A stretch of 63,403 nt of DNA, the filler included, from Choristocarpus tenellus KU-1152 (Eukaryota > Protista > Phaeophyceae), in the NCBI GenBank assembly GCA_964200185.2. It is 10 parts of 10 records of this genome, joined end to end, with 100 filler letters (N's around TTAATTAATTAA, not from the genome) between each part and the next. Parts side by side here need not be neighbours in the genome. Positions count along the whole stretch, not along the records: positions 1 to 3,728 come from CAXNAD020018272.1; positions 3,829 to 15,435 come from CAXNAD020002226.1; 8 more parts are not named here. One strand, 5' to 3'. Within the stretch, counting starts at the first letter, position 1; every line of letters starts with the position of its first letter. The notes below the pieces were generated by a model that ran no database searches, was not told where the DNA came from, and worked only from the letters and a program-made list of their open reading frames with translations. Made by a program: the position numbers and the translations under genes. Shown one piece after another: positions 1 to 13,368 of the stretch.

Positions 1-1
1 C

Positions 2-511
2 TGTTCCACATAATGAGGAAATAATCGAGTTATTTACACACACAAGTCTTGGGAACACCAGTTTCTTTAACAACCATCCTCCTTTTGCATAGCTCGTACC
101 TCTTGCATTCCATTATTACGCGAGGACCTACTGCCAAAGTGAAGAGATTATTGGATGACTGGTACAGATTCTTGCTAGCCTTACTTGTGATGCGTCTGTC
201 TTGGCCTAGATCTCGTGATACCACGTATCATAATCCTTTATAGATTGATCATCTGGTTAGACGAGAGGTGTCCATCGCATTGTAATGAGATGGGTTGACT
301 GGTACAGATGTTAGTCAACCCTGTTCGTGATTGTCCTAAACTAGACATCTCGTGGATACTAAGTCTATCAATCCCTTACAGATGGACTGTAGATAATTAT
401 TGGTGGACATTTAGATAAAGTAATAATAAAGTGTTACTTTTATCTCTCAATTCTCCTTGTTTCGCATGAGTAGACACATGCGATGGTTAAGAGATCATCC
501 ACCATCTGACA
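2..511 (+). mobile_element. probable solo LTR
   Basis: Starts TGT and ends ACA (tgaca at 507-511), has AATAAA near 424 and an internal ~140-nt tandem duplication (gactggtacaga...ctaga(c)atctcgtg at ~157 and ~296). Left flank is outside the window, so no TSD check is possible. Confidence 0.35.
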
Positions 512-570
512 CATTGCTTGGGACACAGGTGTGCTAGAGGTGACTGTTCATTACAGCGTGTCTCATGTTT

Positions 571-753
571 GGCTCAAAGTATCAGAAGGGGGGGGGGCGA
601 CTGTCCATTTGGGCTCACTTTTTTCATGTCGCAATTTTTGTGTGATTTGGTTGCATACGTCCGATGGATAATGAAAATGCAACTTTTTTCCTGATTCTCA
701 CCCAAATGGACACCCTGGTCTAGACCCCCACCCCCTCCCAGATACTTTGACTC
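571..753 (+). mobile_element. MITE family A (Sola-like termini)
   Basis: ggctcaaagtatc...gatactttgactc termini; flanks gttt/tttt; homologous to 9416-9590 and 14819-15003. Confidence 0.85.
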
Positions 754-818
754 TTTTTGAAACGCAGTGTGTATTAATCCTCATGGAAATGAGTTCACCT
801 TCAGGTAAGCGATGGAAA

Positions 819-1085
819 GAGTGAAAGTATCTTAGAGGGTACAAGTTTTGCCCTGTTTGTCCGTTCGGGGCTTTGCTTCCCACGGTTATTTTATTACTTT
901 TTCCGACTCCGAAATGTTTCGGAGTAGGTAAAATGTATACGTTCTGGAGTAGGTACCATGTATACGTCTGGAACAAGGATATTGGCACTTCCTAAGAAAC
1001 ACGAAATCCAAAATTACATTAAAATCGCAACATTGGATTTTGACCCCCAAACGGACGTGACTCTCCCCTCTATGATACTTCAAAC
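819..1085 (+). mobile_element. MITE family B, degenerate right end
   Basis: gagtgaaagtatcttagagggta start; colinear with 52085-52343 and 52692-52961. Confidence 0.85.
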
Positions 1086-3728
1086 TTTGGATTTGAATCT
1101 CATTTTAGCTTTGTTTTTGAGAGGCATGACCACTCCAACATGTTGTAATGACGTCACGGTCACTTCGTACCATAGTGAGAGTTGAGACCACCAACATCGA
1201 TCGTCCGTTGTGTCCACTTGGAAGTTTGTTGTTATGGTGAGGAACAATTTCATATCAGAATGTGGGGAAGAGAGAAGTATGAATACATCGTTGTGGTTTT
1301 TGTCTCGTCTAGTTGCATGTCAATTTGAATCACATACACACGTTCGTGTTTTCACACATGGAACTGTTGATTAAAAACACAATAAAACGACTCGCAAAGC
1401 ATCGTTCAGACCACAAACGGTTAGTAAACAGTTGTTGGTATATAGTCGTGGTTTACTCCTCGTTTCCTCGCTCTTGGGTATCTTCTGTTTGTAGAAGATA
1501 TCAAAAGTCTATATGCTGGTCTCATGAACCTCTCGATCCACTCGTATTCAGGCTGACTGTTACGCCCAACCCATGCACTTGGACCTTGTAAAATATTGAT
1601 TATTATGCTAACCCACGTACCACTAACCCTTCCATTGACCAATGGTGTCTTGAATCAAATATTAATTTATGCCAATTTCATGTAGTTACAATTGATTTTG
1701 TATCAAGAGTTTTCAAGAGGACATTGTTGGTCACGGAATAATATATTTTATATTAAACATTTGTTATATTTGCTTCTTGCTAAAAGCGCTTCCAATTTCT
1801 GTTAAACAGTCCTATTCCAACTGCTTACCTCCCACTGAAATGTCGACATAAATTGTGTGTGACCATCAATGAATCTTTTAGTGATGAATAATGGCATGTC
1901 GAAGGTGCAGAAAGAAATGGTCCACTATGCAACATAACCAACCAGCCTGTATACATCTCGCACCACTTCCTTCGACTCAATCCTCCATCTCCTGCACATA
2001 AACTCTAAGCCTTCTAACGCTAGCAGGACTTTGACTATGCACCAACAGTTGCATGAGTACCACAAATGTCGCTGGGGACAATGAAGAGGCCGTGCCTTAA
2101 TTGCCACACTCCTGAGAAAAAGAAGAGTGACAAGGGCACCAGTGATGACGAGACCATTGTTGTACAAAGGATTTCTTCTCCTTCAACTGCTGGAAACAAA
2201 TTTCTTGTTGCTGGCAAGTTTCAGCTGTCTGACACAGGGTCGGCAGGTTGGAGGCAGTGCCTATCTAGCACGACAAAGTGCAAGTGTGGAAGTAGTGGGA
2301 CATATCAAGTGGTGCCAACAAATGGAAAGAATACCTCGGCATAGGATTATGAATTGCTGGACTTGCTAGGTGCAGACACAAGAGAAACCAAGTCAGTATA
2401 TAGCAAAGTGATATGTGTTAGTGCGAGGATCACTACACGAATTGGAGCTAGGAATAAGGAGCTTCAGAAGCTGCATCTTGCAAGTGGAAAGAGCGTCCGT
2501 AAGAAGGTGGTTAGGAAACCCCGACACCCATAGGTAAGTGTTTTTACCCTCTATGTTTGTGTTGTTATGGTAACACAGTCTGCACTACTACAGTGTTTGT
2601 GCCCTGAAACTGTAGCCCAACTGAGAAGGATATAGGTGAGGTCTTGGCACTGGACAGAAGGGATGAGCTCCTGGAGGCAATTTATCTTACAAGCAGACCT
2701 AGTAAAGGCTGATTAGGAAGGGGGGTGTACTGTCTGAAGACGAGACCTAGACAAGGGGTGATAATGGGTATGGCCGTGGAGGGTCGAGTCTTCCTCTGCC
2801 TGCCTTTGTTGAACATTCTCTTGATTTGGAGGCAAAGACTGAAGAGGGTGGACCAGGACGTGCCTGCACATTGCTGATGGCGAAAATTGAGTTTTGATAT
2901 TTCTTATTTCAAGACCTGCCGTGCAGACAAATATCATACAGTTCCTTGACTGATCCGTGTTATGACATGTTGTTCCTGTTCTTTGCATCATCGCTTTTGA
3001 ATATTGTCTGCAGACACATGATATTGCAGGGATACAACTTTGCTCCTCCGTGAATAATGTGTAGGTCGTCAACATATGGACTACGTCTTGAATTCATGCC
3101 AACTCTTCCAATAAATAGGCATGTCAGTGAATAATATGGATTGTGTTCTTGGTATATATTATATTATTATGTCCTTTGACATTTTGCAGATGTGTCAGGG
3201 GAAAAACCAATGGAAATCAACTCAATATCATAAGAACCCCTGTAAAAGAAACAGTTGTCGTAAATGTGAAATGATATTTTCTCTAATCTATTTACTAGGA
3301 GCATTTGACCACCACCTATGCTACACCACTCGCCTCTAACCTCAATTAGCCTACACGTCAGGGCTAGGAGCTAGGAAAGCATCCCAAGAATCTGACAGGC
3401 CCCTCCTTGCCCATCTCCCTGGTGTCTCCAGCTTAAAACGTATGACGCGTTTTGATAGAGCCACTTGCGTTGTGACACTATCTGTCGTAAACGGGATTTG
3501 ACATCTCCTTTCCTCCTGTATATCATAAGAACCCCTGTAAAAGTAATAGTTGTCGTAAATGTGAAATGTTTTTTTTATGTTTTTAGTATAATACTACCAT
3601 CCTGCTACTACCAATACTGTAGTACACATCTGGTATTCTATTACAGTCAGTGTACCTATATAAGAGAGGTTGATATAAGAGAAAACGGGATACAGTACCT
3701 ACCCCGATTTTGTTCACCCCTGTGTATG

Positions 3729-3828
3729 NNNNNNNNNNNNNNNNNNNNNNNNNNNNNNNNNNNNNNNNNNNNTTAATTAATTAANNNNNNNNNNNNNNNN
3801 NNNNNNNNNNNNNNNNNNNNNNNNNNNN
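3729..3828. other. assembly linker N44-TTAATTAATTAA-N44; same linker at 15436-15535, 27101-27200, 32239-32338, 38126-38225, 45410-45509, 50723-50822, 54186-54285, 57351-57450
   Basis: Nine identical 100-nt blocks whose core has stop codons in all six frames; artificial. Confidence 0.98.
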
Positions 3829-4299
3829 CCCTCACAACCCCCCCCCCCAGATAATTTGACCCTACTCTCTCTTGTTTGATCACCCCTATATATGCACTGT
3901 GCTCGGTATGCACACTTGTCGTACTCATCTTGGAGGAATCCGTTCTGTCACCCACACAACATCATGCATTAACACAGGATCTTTTAAATGCAAACTCAGC
4001 ATTTTATCACCACTCTGAGATTTATCACTCTTTAAACTTGAGAAAGGTATGTCCTTCTCCAAGGTGAAGTAAAACCGCTGTTTTCTTGTTGTGAAAATCA
4101 CAAAATTTCAAAATGCATTTTGCGAAGCTGGAGTTATTTTTTTTGTACTGTGCACATGGCACTTTTGGGGATGGGATTGACCGCTGTTTGCGTTTTTGGG
4201 TATGCTTTCTAGAAGCTTGATTATGGGAACCCCCAAATGAAATCTATGTCCCAGGTTTGGTAGCATCATTGTCGCACCCTACAATGCACAGCAGTGAGC

Positions 4300-4640
4300 T
4301 CTTCACTTTTTCGTGGTGGTACCCAAAGACATTTTTTAGGGGTACTTGCTTTAACTAGTACTCCACATCACACACTGGGCGGGTGAGTATCCCTCAGGGA
4401 TATTGATATAGGCTGCACTCAGTACCCTTGGTGACCAATGTTCGTCCGTAGTCTGGTGTAATTTGGCCCTCTCTACTTGCGCTCATTGTTCCCAGTGCCA
4501 GAAGGACCTTCCCTCTAGAAGTGCCAGAAGGTGCATCACAAGCTAGGGTCCTTCCGGGTTTCGTATTGTAAGAATGAGTCACACATTTCCTCCATTATAT
4601 TTCAACAGAAATGATAAACCTTTCACTCCATAGAGTAAAT
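4300..4640 (+). repeat. dispersed repeat, diverged inverted copy at ~6865-7200
   Basis: gcactcagtacccttggtgacc and following sequence is the reverse complement of ggtcaccaagggtactgagtgc at ~7074; similarity extends ~300 nt. Confidence 0.7.
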
Positions 4641-5329
4641 GTAACAGGATGGGGGCACAGGGCGGTCCCTATGAAACATGCTCGAAAAGGACTGGTCCAG
4701 GACCATCAGAAGGTCGACAGGACCGTACCGCCGGCCAGTCCCAGTAAAATAGTACGTAGTACGTATAAATCAGAGCCGGTCCAGCACTGTCAGAGTTCTT
4801 AACTCTGAACCTGGTCACGCCCCAGCACTCATGAAAAATTGTTTAACTGGCCCATCCAGGACCTTTGAACATTGTAACCAGACCAAGACGCCGACTAGCC
4901 TTCGAACTTGACATAGTATTGATGGTACGGTGAGGCCTGGTCAGCAAACAGTTGATTGCAATATGATGAGGGGAATATATGCAGGTTGATAGATTTTGAA
5001 AACTACGTTTGCTCCAAAATATAATTTGGACAAGTTAGGAGTTCACCCTACATATTTTGACCAGGTGAGCCGACCCATCCTGACCCACATTTTATCCAAG
5101 ACAACAAGTGATTTCAACCGGATCAGGCTACGGACTGACTCTGGAAAAAACATTTTTTTGAAAGGATCAGTTTAGAACCATCACGGTCTGAACCAGACTG
5201 AGCCGACAGCTGGTCCCTGTGTTTGTCATAGGGGCGGTCCAGGGCTGTAAGAGATGTAACTGGACCGCCCGCTGCCTGGTCTGGGCGCCCAGCTCGGTTA
5301 CCTGCTAGTTTGATAATAAGCCCTGAGAA

Positions 5330-6040
5330 AATTGTTGAACAGAAGGTAAAATAGAAGGGGGGGTGTCTGGCAATGCCTAGACCTGTCCACCACTTCACAT
5401 CCTGTGAATGCTACTAATATCTTATTCCTGTATTAGCAGGTCCAATGAGATACAAAATCAAAACGGCTTTCCACAAAGAACCATTTCTTACAACTACAAG
5501 CATCCCCATGACTCTGTGGTTGAGGGGACTGGTCCCTACATGAATTTGACCATGGTATCCTAGAGTGGGGGGTGTTTTGGGGCATGTTGTCCATTTAGGC
5601 CTTGATGAAGTGTTGTAAGACATCCCAATTTGATGCCCTTTTTTGGGTCTGATTTTGGTTCAGATTTGGTTCAGGCAGGGGGGTGGAGAAGGAAGGTGTG
5701 TTCAGATGAAGGAAATTGCCGTTACATTTGACATGTTCACTCCGATAACATGAAAATCAGAACAGGTTCACACAGGCCCCGAATGGACACCTGAACCTCC
5801 CTATAAGATACTATGAATACAGTTCATCATGGGAATTAGTCCCCTTAACCACAGAGGAATGGGGACGCCTGTAATTGCAAGAAGTGGTTCTTCGCGGAAA
5901 GCCATTTCGACTTTGTTTCCTATTGGACCTGCCAATACAAGAACAAGGTATTAGTAGTATTCACTAGATGTGAAGTGGTGGACAGGTCTAGCTATATTGC
6001 CAGCACCCTCTCTTCCCATCTACCTGTTTTGTCCAATATT
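5330..6040. mobile_element. foldback element (~215-nt arms) with MITE C in its centre
   Basis: 5361-5546 is the diverged reverse complement of 5821-6008 (ctagacctgtccaccacttcacatc / gatgtgaagtggtggacaggtctag). Confidence 0.8.
5548..5819 (-). mobile_element. MITE family C
   Basis: Reverse-orientation homolog of 36922-37192; termini gaccatggtatcctagag...ctataagatactatgaata. Confidence 0.8.
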
Positions 6041-6504
6041 TCTTTCTTGAAAGGCATTGAGGTGATGGTTGCCCAGAATCTGATTTGATTTGGTATCTTC
6101 TGACAGGACCCTGGACTGTGATGCTTTCATTTTTTCTCAAAAACTCTCAGCTAACTCCCTGAAGGTCAAAGTGACGCACAGTCCCCCAGCTACACTTGTA
6201 TGTTAATCTCAATACCAATATTTGCACAGGAAGGCACTGACCCTCCCTGGCACAGCTCATCCCTCCTACCCAGGCAAAATCCCCTGTGCTCTCCCTCCAC
6301 ATGTGTGTAGAGCACCAGGCTGCTAGCTGCTGGAGCTTCTCCTCGCATTTCTCCAGCGCACAAACCACCCACCCCCCCTGTGCTTTTACTCATGTTGCTG
6401 TTCAAGCACTGTGGCTCCTAGCTGTTTGAGCCTCGCCTCTTTTTCCAAGCACGGACCTCACATCTTTCCCCCCCTGTGCTTTCCACTTGGTGCTGGTAAA
6501 ATCG

Positions 6505-6563
6505 AAGCCAAGCCCCAAACGGACAAACAGGGCAAAACTCTTACCCTCTAAGATACATTCCCT
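6505..6563 (-). mobile_element. MITE family B end fragment
   Basis: gaagccaagccccaaacggacaaacagggcaaaactcttaccctctaagatac matches the B terminus. Confidence 0.75.
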
Positions 6564-9415
6564 CGCAACATGTTTGTCTGAGCATGTGTAACTCTCTAGA
6601 TGAGTGGGATGTTGCAGACAAAGGGAAAGTAAATTACTATCATGTGAGACACAGGGACCAAGGACGCTGACAAGAGGGTGTTAGAAGGGACATCAAATTG
6701 AAAAAGAAAGACTATATTCACCACATGTTTGTTGGAGGAGAAGATGCAAACATAGCAACACAAATAGAGCCTGAACCAAACTTCCACTTCTGTTCCTCTG
6801 GTTACGATGATTAGAGTGTGGATCCTACACCTCCTGTCTCCAAAGTTATTATGCGTCAGATGGGCTTACTCCCATAGGGTGATATAGACCCTGAACGACA
6901 TCATCGCGTTTTCCATTTTGAGCGATATGAAGAATGTTGCAAATGTAGTTGTTGTGGGGATGTTTGCCACTAAATCCCACTTTCTTCCACCTCCAGAAGG
7001 AACGGTCTTCTTGCATTTGGGAACAATACGTGTGAACAGAGGGGCAAACAGTGCCAGACTACGAACGCACATCGGTCACCAAGGGTACTGAGTGCAAACT
7101 AAGTAAAATAAACCTGAGGGATACCCGCCGGCCCAGTTTGTAGCACTGGAAGGAAGCAAAGAAGCTAGTACCCCCAAATGTTGACTCTGCATAGCGTTAT
7201 GGAAAAGTTAAGTGATCTTGCGGCTTGAGGTAGTGTGACGTAGGGCATGATAAACAACAAGTCACTCATAACAGCAAGTTTGTTTGAGGGTTCTTATGAT
7301 CGCATATGTATAGAGAGTGTGCACAACAGCTCCACACAAAAATGACTCTCAATCCTGCCCAAAGGAGGTCTTCACGCATTTTAACAAGCTCCTCTCAGTG
7401 GTTTTGTGGCAGTTTCCTCCATGAACATTTCCAGCTTCAGACCCCATTGATGCCAGACTTATTTTCATGGGGATCTGATTTCGACTGTTGAAAATCCACG
7501 TGGCAAGTACTACAGAATGCACAGCTGTACAATCTTGTCTGTCACCATGCCACAAAACGTCAAAGAACAAGAGGGTAAGGCCTGGTTGCCAAGTGACGTG
7601 AGGAGGGCCCAGCGGAAGATTTGAGCGAGGAGGTGGAGTGAAGACGATTGGGATGACTGAATCCAACACAGAAGACGCAAAGCACGAATGTAAGCAGTAT
7701 AATTGCCTGTAGTGTAGTACTAGTTACTTACAGTAGTTGGTGTAAGAAGTGGTGCAGTGTGTAGTGGGTCTGACCATGGGTCAGGACAGTCTCAAGACAA
7801 TAGTCAAGTCATTCAATAATGATAATAATATCGTCCCCTTTATGATTCAGAAAATAAAAGCATTTCGATTATAGGTTAAATGTCCTTGTGGCTTAGTGAC
7901 TCCACAGGTTGTTTGTTGCACGAATTTTGCTGGTCTAACCGTGTAAATTGTGTTTTGATTATCCAAATCCCATGTGGAAAGCGCTGCGGGCTCTATTCCA
8001 CCTGAAATACGTATATTTTCTTTGTAATTGTTCTCGTTCACGTCAGCCTTTGTAATTGTTAGGGGAGAACGAATACAGTACATCTATAAGGGTAACAAAG
8101 AGAATCCAGGTGTGTGGTGCACGAACACCACGAACCTTTAGTCTTACCAGGTCCATACAGCTGATGACATGCCACACAAAGAAAACAAAAGGGAACGGAA
8201 ACGAGGAACGCAGAAATAGTCAAACTCTAAAAGTGAAAAAGACAATGAAAAAGAAGCATTCAGCAGACGTTGTTGTTGTTGTTGGTGGTGGTCGTTGTCT
8301 GGACTGCCTTAGTTGCTTCGACAACATAATGTACATCAGCTTTCACAGATTTCTTGGATTATCTCTCTCCCAGGAAGCTAGTTATCCCAAGCTCCTCAAG
8401 GTCGTCTAGCAGGCGCATCCACCAGTTATTCTCCTATCCATTTCCCATCTGCATCTCCCCAGTATCAATATTTGGCCAAGTCACTCATCCCCCAATGTGT
8501 GTAGCTGACTCTGCCAATAAGAGTCGCAGTTTTGCATAGTTGGCTCGATATTCTCACATCCATTCACAAGGGTATCTTTGCAGGAGAGTGCATGATCGGT
8601 GCATTCCCAATTGCGAAATCTGATTCTACTTAGGAGGAATTTGTGATGGAAGTGAAGCCTAATATGGTGGACCTGGCGGAGTGTCCGTGTTGTACAACGA
8701 TGTAACAGAACCTCAAGTACTTCAAACCTGAGGATCCGAATCTTAAGCTCGAGTGGCACTCCTTAGGTCCAGTCATAGAGCAGTTGACAGTACCTGTAGA
8801 GACAACTCCAAGCTTTTGGACCTTCTTGGTTGATCTCGGCAGTCATTGCAGCTTCACCAGTGATGGTGCCCTCAAGGTAAACACATTTCTCAGTATGTTG
8901 TAGTTCTGGTCCAACACTCAGACCTACATCATGCCTGTGGTCTTATCAAGAGGTCGAAGGCATATGGTCTCTACCTTCAGATCTGACACGGTCAGCACAA
9001 AAGTCCTGGCCACTTTGACAATCACTTTCATCATCCCGACCAAACCTTTTAGGGTCCTAGACACAATGTCCACATTCCCAGCAAAAAGCAAACCCCACAG
9101 GAGTTGCTCAAGTCTTGTCCCACTCCCTGTTGCTCCTACTCCTCTGACCTGGTGGTTTGTGGTCGCCCTCTTCTAGACAGTAAGGATCCTTGTATATGTC
9201 CGGGTCAGAGGCAAACTCCTTAGCTGCTGCTTTTTGCAATGCAGTGAAGATGCTGAAGAGGATAGAAGCAGGAACCGACCTTTGTCAACGACCTTATCCA
9301 TGTGAAAGTATGCCTACAGTCCATCATGGAATTGGTGGATGACTGAAATGTATTTTCTCAGGTACTCGAAATCTTGCAACCACAGCCCAGAGGAGATCAT
9401 GGTCAACAGAGTCAT

Positions 9416-9590
9416 GGCTCAAAGTATCTGTGGGGGGTGGCAACTGTCCATTCGTTGTCTATTTTTCCATGTCGTGATTGTTGGGTGATTTGGTTGCATG
9501 CGTCGGATAGATAATGTAAGTGCACTTTTCCTGGTCAGGGCCCGAATGGACACCCTGGTGTAGACCCCCCCCCCCCAGATACTTTGAGCC
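9416..9590 (+). mobile_element. MITE family A with 4-bp TSD TCAT
   Basis: 15-bp TIR ggctcaaagtatctg/cagatactttgagcc; tcat on both sides; removal restores the LINE YDSVD motif. Confidence 0.92.
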
Positions 9591-9761
9591 TCATATACTT
9601 TGGTAGACCAATAAAAATATATCGAGGCACATGTTAAGCCCATTTGAGCTCTTGGAGTACACATGTGGCGTACATTATATTCATAAAGGAGGGTTGGGGT
9701 TGGAAAAAAACATGGATTATGTTCTCCTAGCTCAGGTATTCTCCCAGTCGTTGTCAGACAA

Positions 9762-10019
9762 GAGTAAAGTATCTTAGAGGGTAGAGTCGCGTCCATTTGG
9801 GGGGCAAAATCAATTGTTGCGATTTTGATGTAATTTTGGCTATGATGTTTGTAAGGAGATGTCAATATCCCTGTTCTGGACCCGACTTTTCATGAAGTAT
9901 ACATTTTACCTACTCCGAAATATTTTGGAGTAGGTAAAATGTCATTAAAAACCTACGGGAAGCCAAGCCCCAAATGGACAAAAAGGGAAAATATCGTACC
10001 CTCAAAGATACTTTCACTC
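9762..10019 (-). mobile_element. MITE family B with 4-bp TSD ACAA
   Basis: gagtaaagtatcttagagggta...gatactttcactc flanked by acaa/acaa inside the LINE RT. Confidence 0.92.
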
Positions 10020-12609
10020 ACAACTTTAAGAAGTACCTTTCCCACATGTGCTATCAATTAGATGTCTGAGTAGTTTCCACTGTCTGATACTTCTCCTTTT
10101 GGAGCACTGTGACAACTGCATTTTTCCCAACCCATGTAGTACAAGTTCCTGGTCTCATATGCAATGGACACAACATCGTAGAAACTCTGTGGGATAATCT
10201 CATCCCCCTTTAGTCCAAGTTTCAGGATCTTGACTGGAAGATGGTCTGGATATATCGGCTTCCCATTTCCTAATGCCCAGATTGTTTCAGTCACTTCCAT
10301 CGGTGCTGGTGCATCAGTGAGTGCCATAGATGTGGTCTGTTGACTGAGGGCTTCAGTGCTATGAGGGTTGAGGTTGACCAACTTGTCATCGAGGAGCACT
10401 CAAGTATCTCCTCCGCTGTTCTATGATGAGTGCTTGTTCTCTCCCTCATCTCCTAGTTTCGTTGTGGATGTACTGGCAAGCACTCTTTCCGGTTCTTTTC
10501 ACCTTGATCAAATCCTTTCAGTATGAAAGTAGTGGTAAAAATCGGCTTGGTTTCCACAGTGGGTAATGTTCCCCATATTTATAGTGTAAGGGCGAACAAA
10601 ACTCTCGTAAGGAAGATGCCCTCACCCATTTGAGGTACTCTCCAGTACTTTTCAATAAGGCATTGAAAATAGCAATTTGGGGATCTGTGCGCAGTAGTTT
10701 CCTCACCCTTTCCCACTCCTCTCAGGCTCCCAGGAAGCTCTTCTTGAGCATGGTGCCTTGCACACCACTCTCCTGGGAATACATTCTGCGTAGGAGGTGG
10801 CAGTACATCTGACGCAGCTTCAAGCAAATGGGTTGTTTGTGAAGCTGCCATGATGTTGAAATTGATAGGTACACCGGTTTTATCTTGTTTGAAACTACCT
10901 CCTTCCTTGCAGGAGGGATTTTTCCCCCCAGCTACCGCACTTGCCTGTTCAGGCCTCAAAAGGGCAACAATACATTATATCTCATCAGCAGAGAAATATT
11001 TCCTCTTTCCACCCGGATGCATCTTCAGATTGTAAGTAAAATGATCAAGGAGGTGTATCAATATCAACACGGTATGGTGATCCAATTCCATTGGCAGAAG
11101 TGAGTGGACCCTCACGTTTCACACGAGATGGCAGTTGAACTGACGAGCGAGAAGGTGGTCAAGAGGAAGGTGCCCATTCCCCCCTCGGTTGCTCAAGTAT
11201 GTGCGGGACCCTTCCTCTTGGGTATGCTTAAAAATATCTTGACAAGTGGAGGTCTGTTCATCAGCAACCCGTAAACCATTCCACCATTCCCCCATTCGAT
11301 ACACAGGTCCAACACAGACATACATTCAAAACAATTTGCATTCATTGTTACTATATCACATTGCCATCATGGAACAGTATGTATCCTACATCATCACCTC
11401 CTGACTGCATACACGTCGCTTGCACAGCAGGCGAGGACCCTTCCACCTACTTGTTATGATCTGACCCAGGTATACTACCACGAGATAATTATTAAAGCAA
11501 CATCTTGGAAGTAGAGGATTTTTTTTTTTCATTCTGCCCTATGACAAACGCAGACACTCACTCCCATTTGCGACCTACCCGTTTGTAGTTCTACTTTTCA
11601 ATTTCAGGCACTCACCATTGTTGTTGAACACTAACATATCTCTGCTATTGTAACCCCCCCCCTCCCTTGTGCGGGTGTTCATGTCCGTCAGGACAAAAAG
11701 GTTGCCCATGGTGGGGCTCTGCTGCACTGGAGTGTGTCTGTTAGTCCTCTTCTTGTGTTGGGCATATCCAACAAAAAAAGTAACCCCCCAGTTGAATTGC
11801 CTGTTGTAGCCATTACCCTAACCTTCAATATTTACTCATTGACAAATTCTTCTTCGTGAGTGGCCTTTTCAGGATTGACTCCGTCGCTGCCAAACCCACT
11901 CAATCATATCCTCCCTCCCCAGTGTAGAATACCTACTATTTGGTTGATATTGTCTGGACCCATCGTTGGAAGGTACAGGCAACACACACTATTTACTTTG
12001 TAGTAGTTGAGATCAGTTGGAAGTTGTATGAGATACTATCTAAGGTATTATGGTAGTATGTAATATTATGTGGTATTCATTTCAGAAATAAACTGGTACC
12101 AGCGACCGACCGGTCCCGTCCAAACATCCTTCAACGTTCCGTAGGAAGTGTTTTTCATACTTCCTCGCTACATACATGCACCTCTATGTTTCACCTTGCT
12201 CATCTCACCCAATCCTATGGTTGTACCCAGGTACCCGTGCCAAGTAATTGGCTGCTTGCTCCCTAAACTGCTGCCAACCAAAGTGCATGGATCTGTGAAA
12301 TCGCTCACCGGGGCAGCCTCTGGCCTACACTTTCGAGGAAGAGTACGCCCAACAATTTCAGTACATGTTTCCACGTTGTGGAATGCTGCCCTTATCAACG
12401 TAAGACCACCAAAAGGCAACAAGCCATGGTATCATGCAAAGCAGAAATTCGGAGGACAGAGCGTTGTCCCTTGGGAATTGGCCCTATTTCTCATCGAAGA
12501 GGTAGGAATATAATGTCATTTTCGCCCTCTTGCTGATGTCCTACACGACAACGTATTCGACGAGCTTCTTATTTTTTCCCTGTGTTCATGACCTACTCGG
12601 GCTTCGCAG

Positions 12610-13368
12610 ATGAAGGCGGAGGGTTTGCGCCCTAATGCGATCATTTACTCAGCTGCGACGGCAGAGTGCAAGTGGGGGGGGCAGACACAGCACGTGCAAT
12701 ATCTGATGAATGAAATGGCTAAGGAGAATATAGCCATAGTGTCAGGTGTGTTGCGTCCTCGGGAAGAAGGAGATACCATCTTCCACTCATAAGAGGATAA
12801 GAAGCGTATGCGACCTTAGATGTGGTTCTGACAAGACTGATCGATTTTAAACCATTGTTAATTCAATTGACGCCTGCCGTACATGCGGTTGTGTCAACTA
12901 CTGCAGGTCATCTTACACACATCGTACACCCATCCTTGTCTCCCTCTTTTCCCAGAGACATCAGATTCCCAGGGATCGCCAATCCCCTTTCCTCCGTCCC
13001 AGGCAGCACCAAATGACCCTGCTGCACGAATGGCGCAGGTTGCTCTTGCAACAGTTGAGAACATATGGGCTAGAGGGGACTTAGATCCCACACCGAGAAC
13101 TTGTGAGGCAGCCCTGGAGGCGTGCGCGGCTGGGGGGCAATGGGAACGAGCCCTGGCTCTGGTGAGGGATGCTGCCTCAGGGGAAGAGGAGGAGGAGCTA
13201 GCAACTGTTGGGGTGGCTAAGAGTGAGAGTGGGACGGGAGAAGGAGAAGAGGCTCGGAGAACGGCAGCCAAACAAGTGGAAAAACTAGCAAGGCAAGGCC
13301 AATGGGATGATGCCCTAACGGTGTCCATGGGTTTAAGGGACGAACAAACGGGTGGGAGAATCAGTTGA
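12610..13368 (+). CDS. pentatricopeptide repeat protein, 3' exons (12610-~12745, 13003-13368)
   Basis: MKAEGLRPNAIIYSAATAECKWGGQ and PTPRTCEAALEACAAGGQWERALALV are PPR motifs; cag acceptors precede both; splice phase between them is unresolved. Confidence 0.8.

Larger units (their letters stand above)
8268..11330 (-). mobile_element. decayed non-LTR retrotransposon (RTE-like LINE, APE + RT) interrupted by two MITEs
   Basis: Minus-strand remnants: LDHLLARQ (APE end), TETIWALGNGK...LLKLG-like, GNYSDIxLIAHVGKVLLKV, YDSVDHDLLW, QGxxQRSVPASILFSIF, LWGLLFAGN (degenerate YADD), VYLEGTI, LELKIRILRFEVLEVLL; (AAC)n-type 3' tail at 8268-8296; many stops and frameshifts. Confidence 0.88.

Noticed and set aside
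1400-3120. Faint transposase-like peptides (YRLVGYVA; ELYDICLHGRS)
   Set aside because: Too decayed to assign by eye; needs tBLASTx against a TE library.
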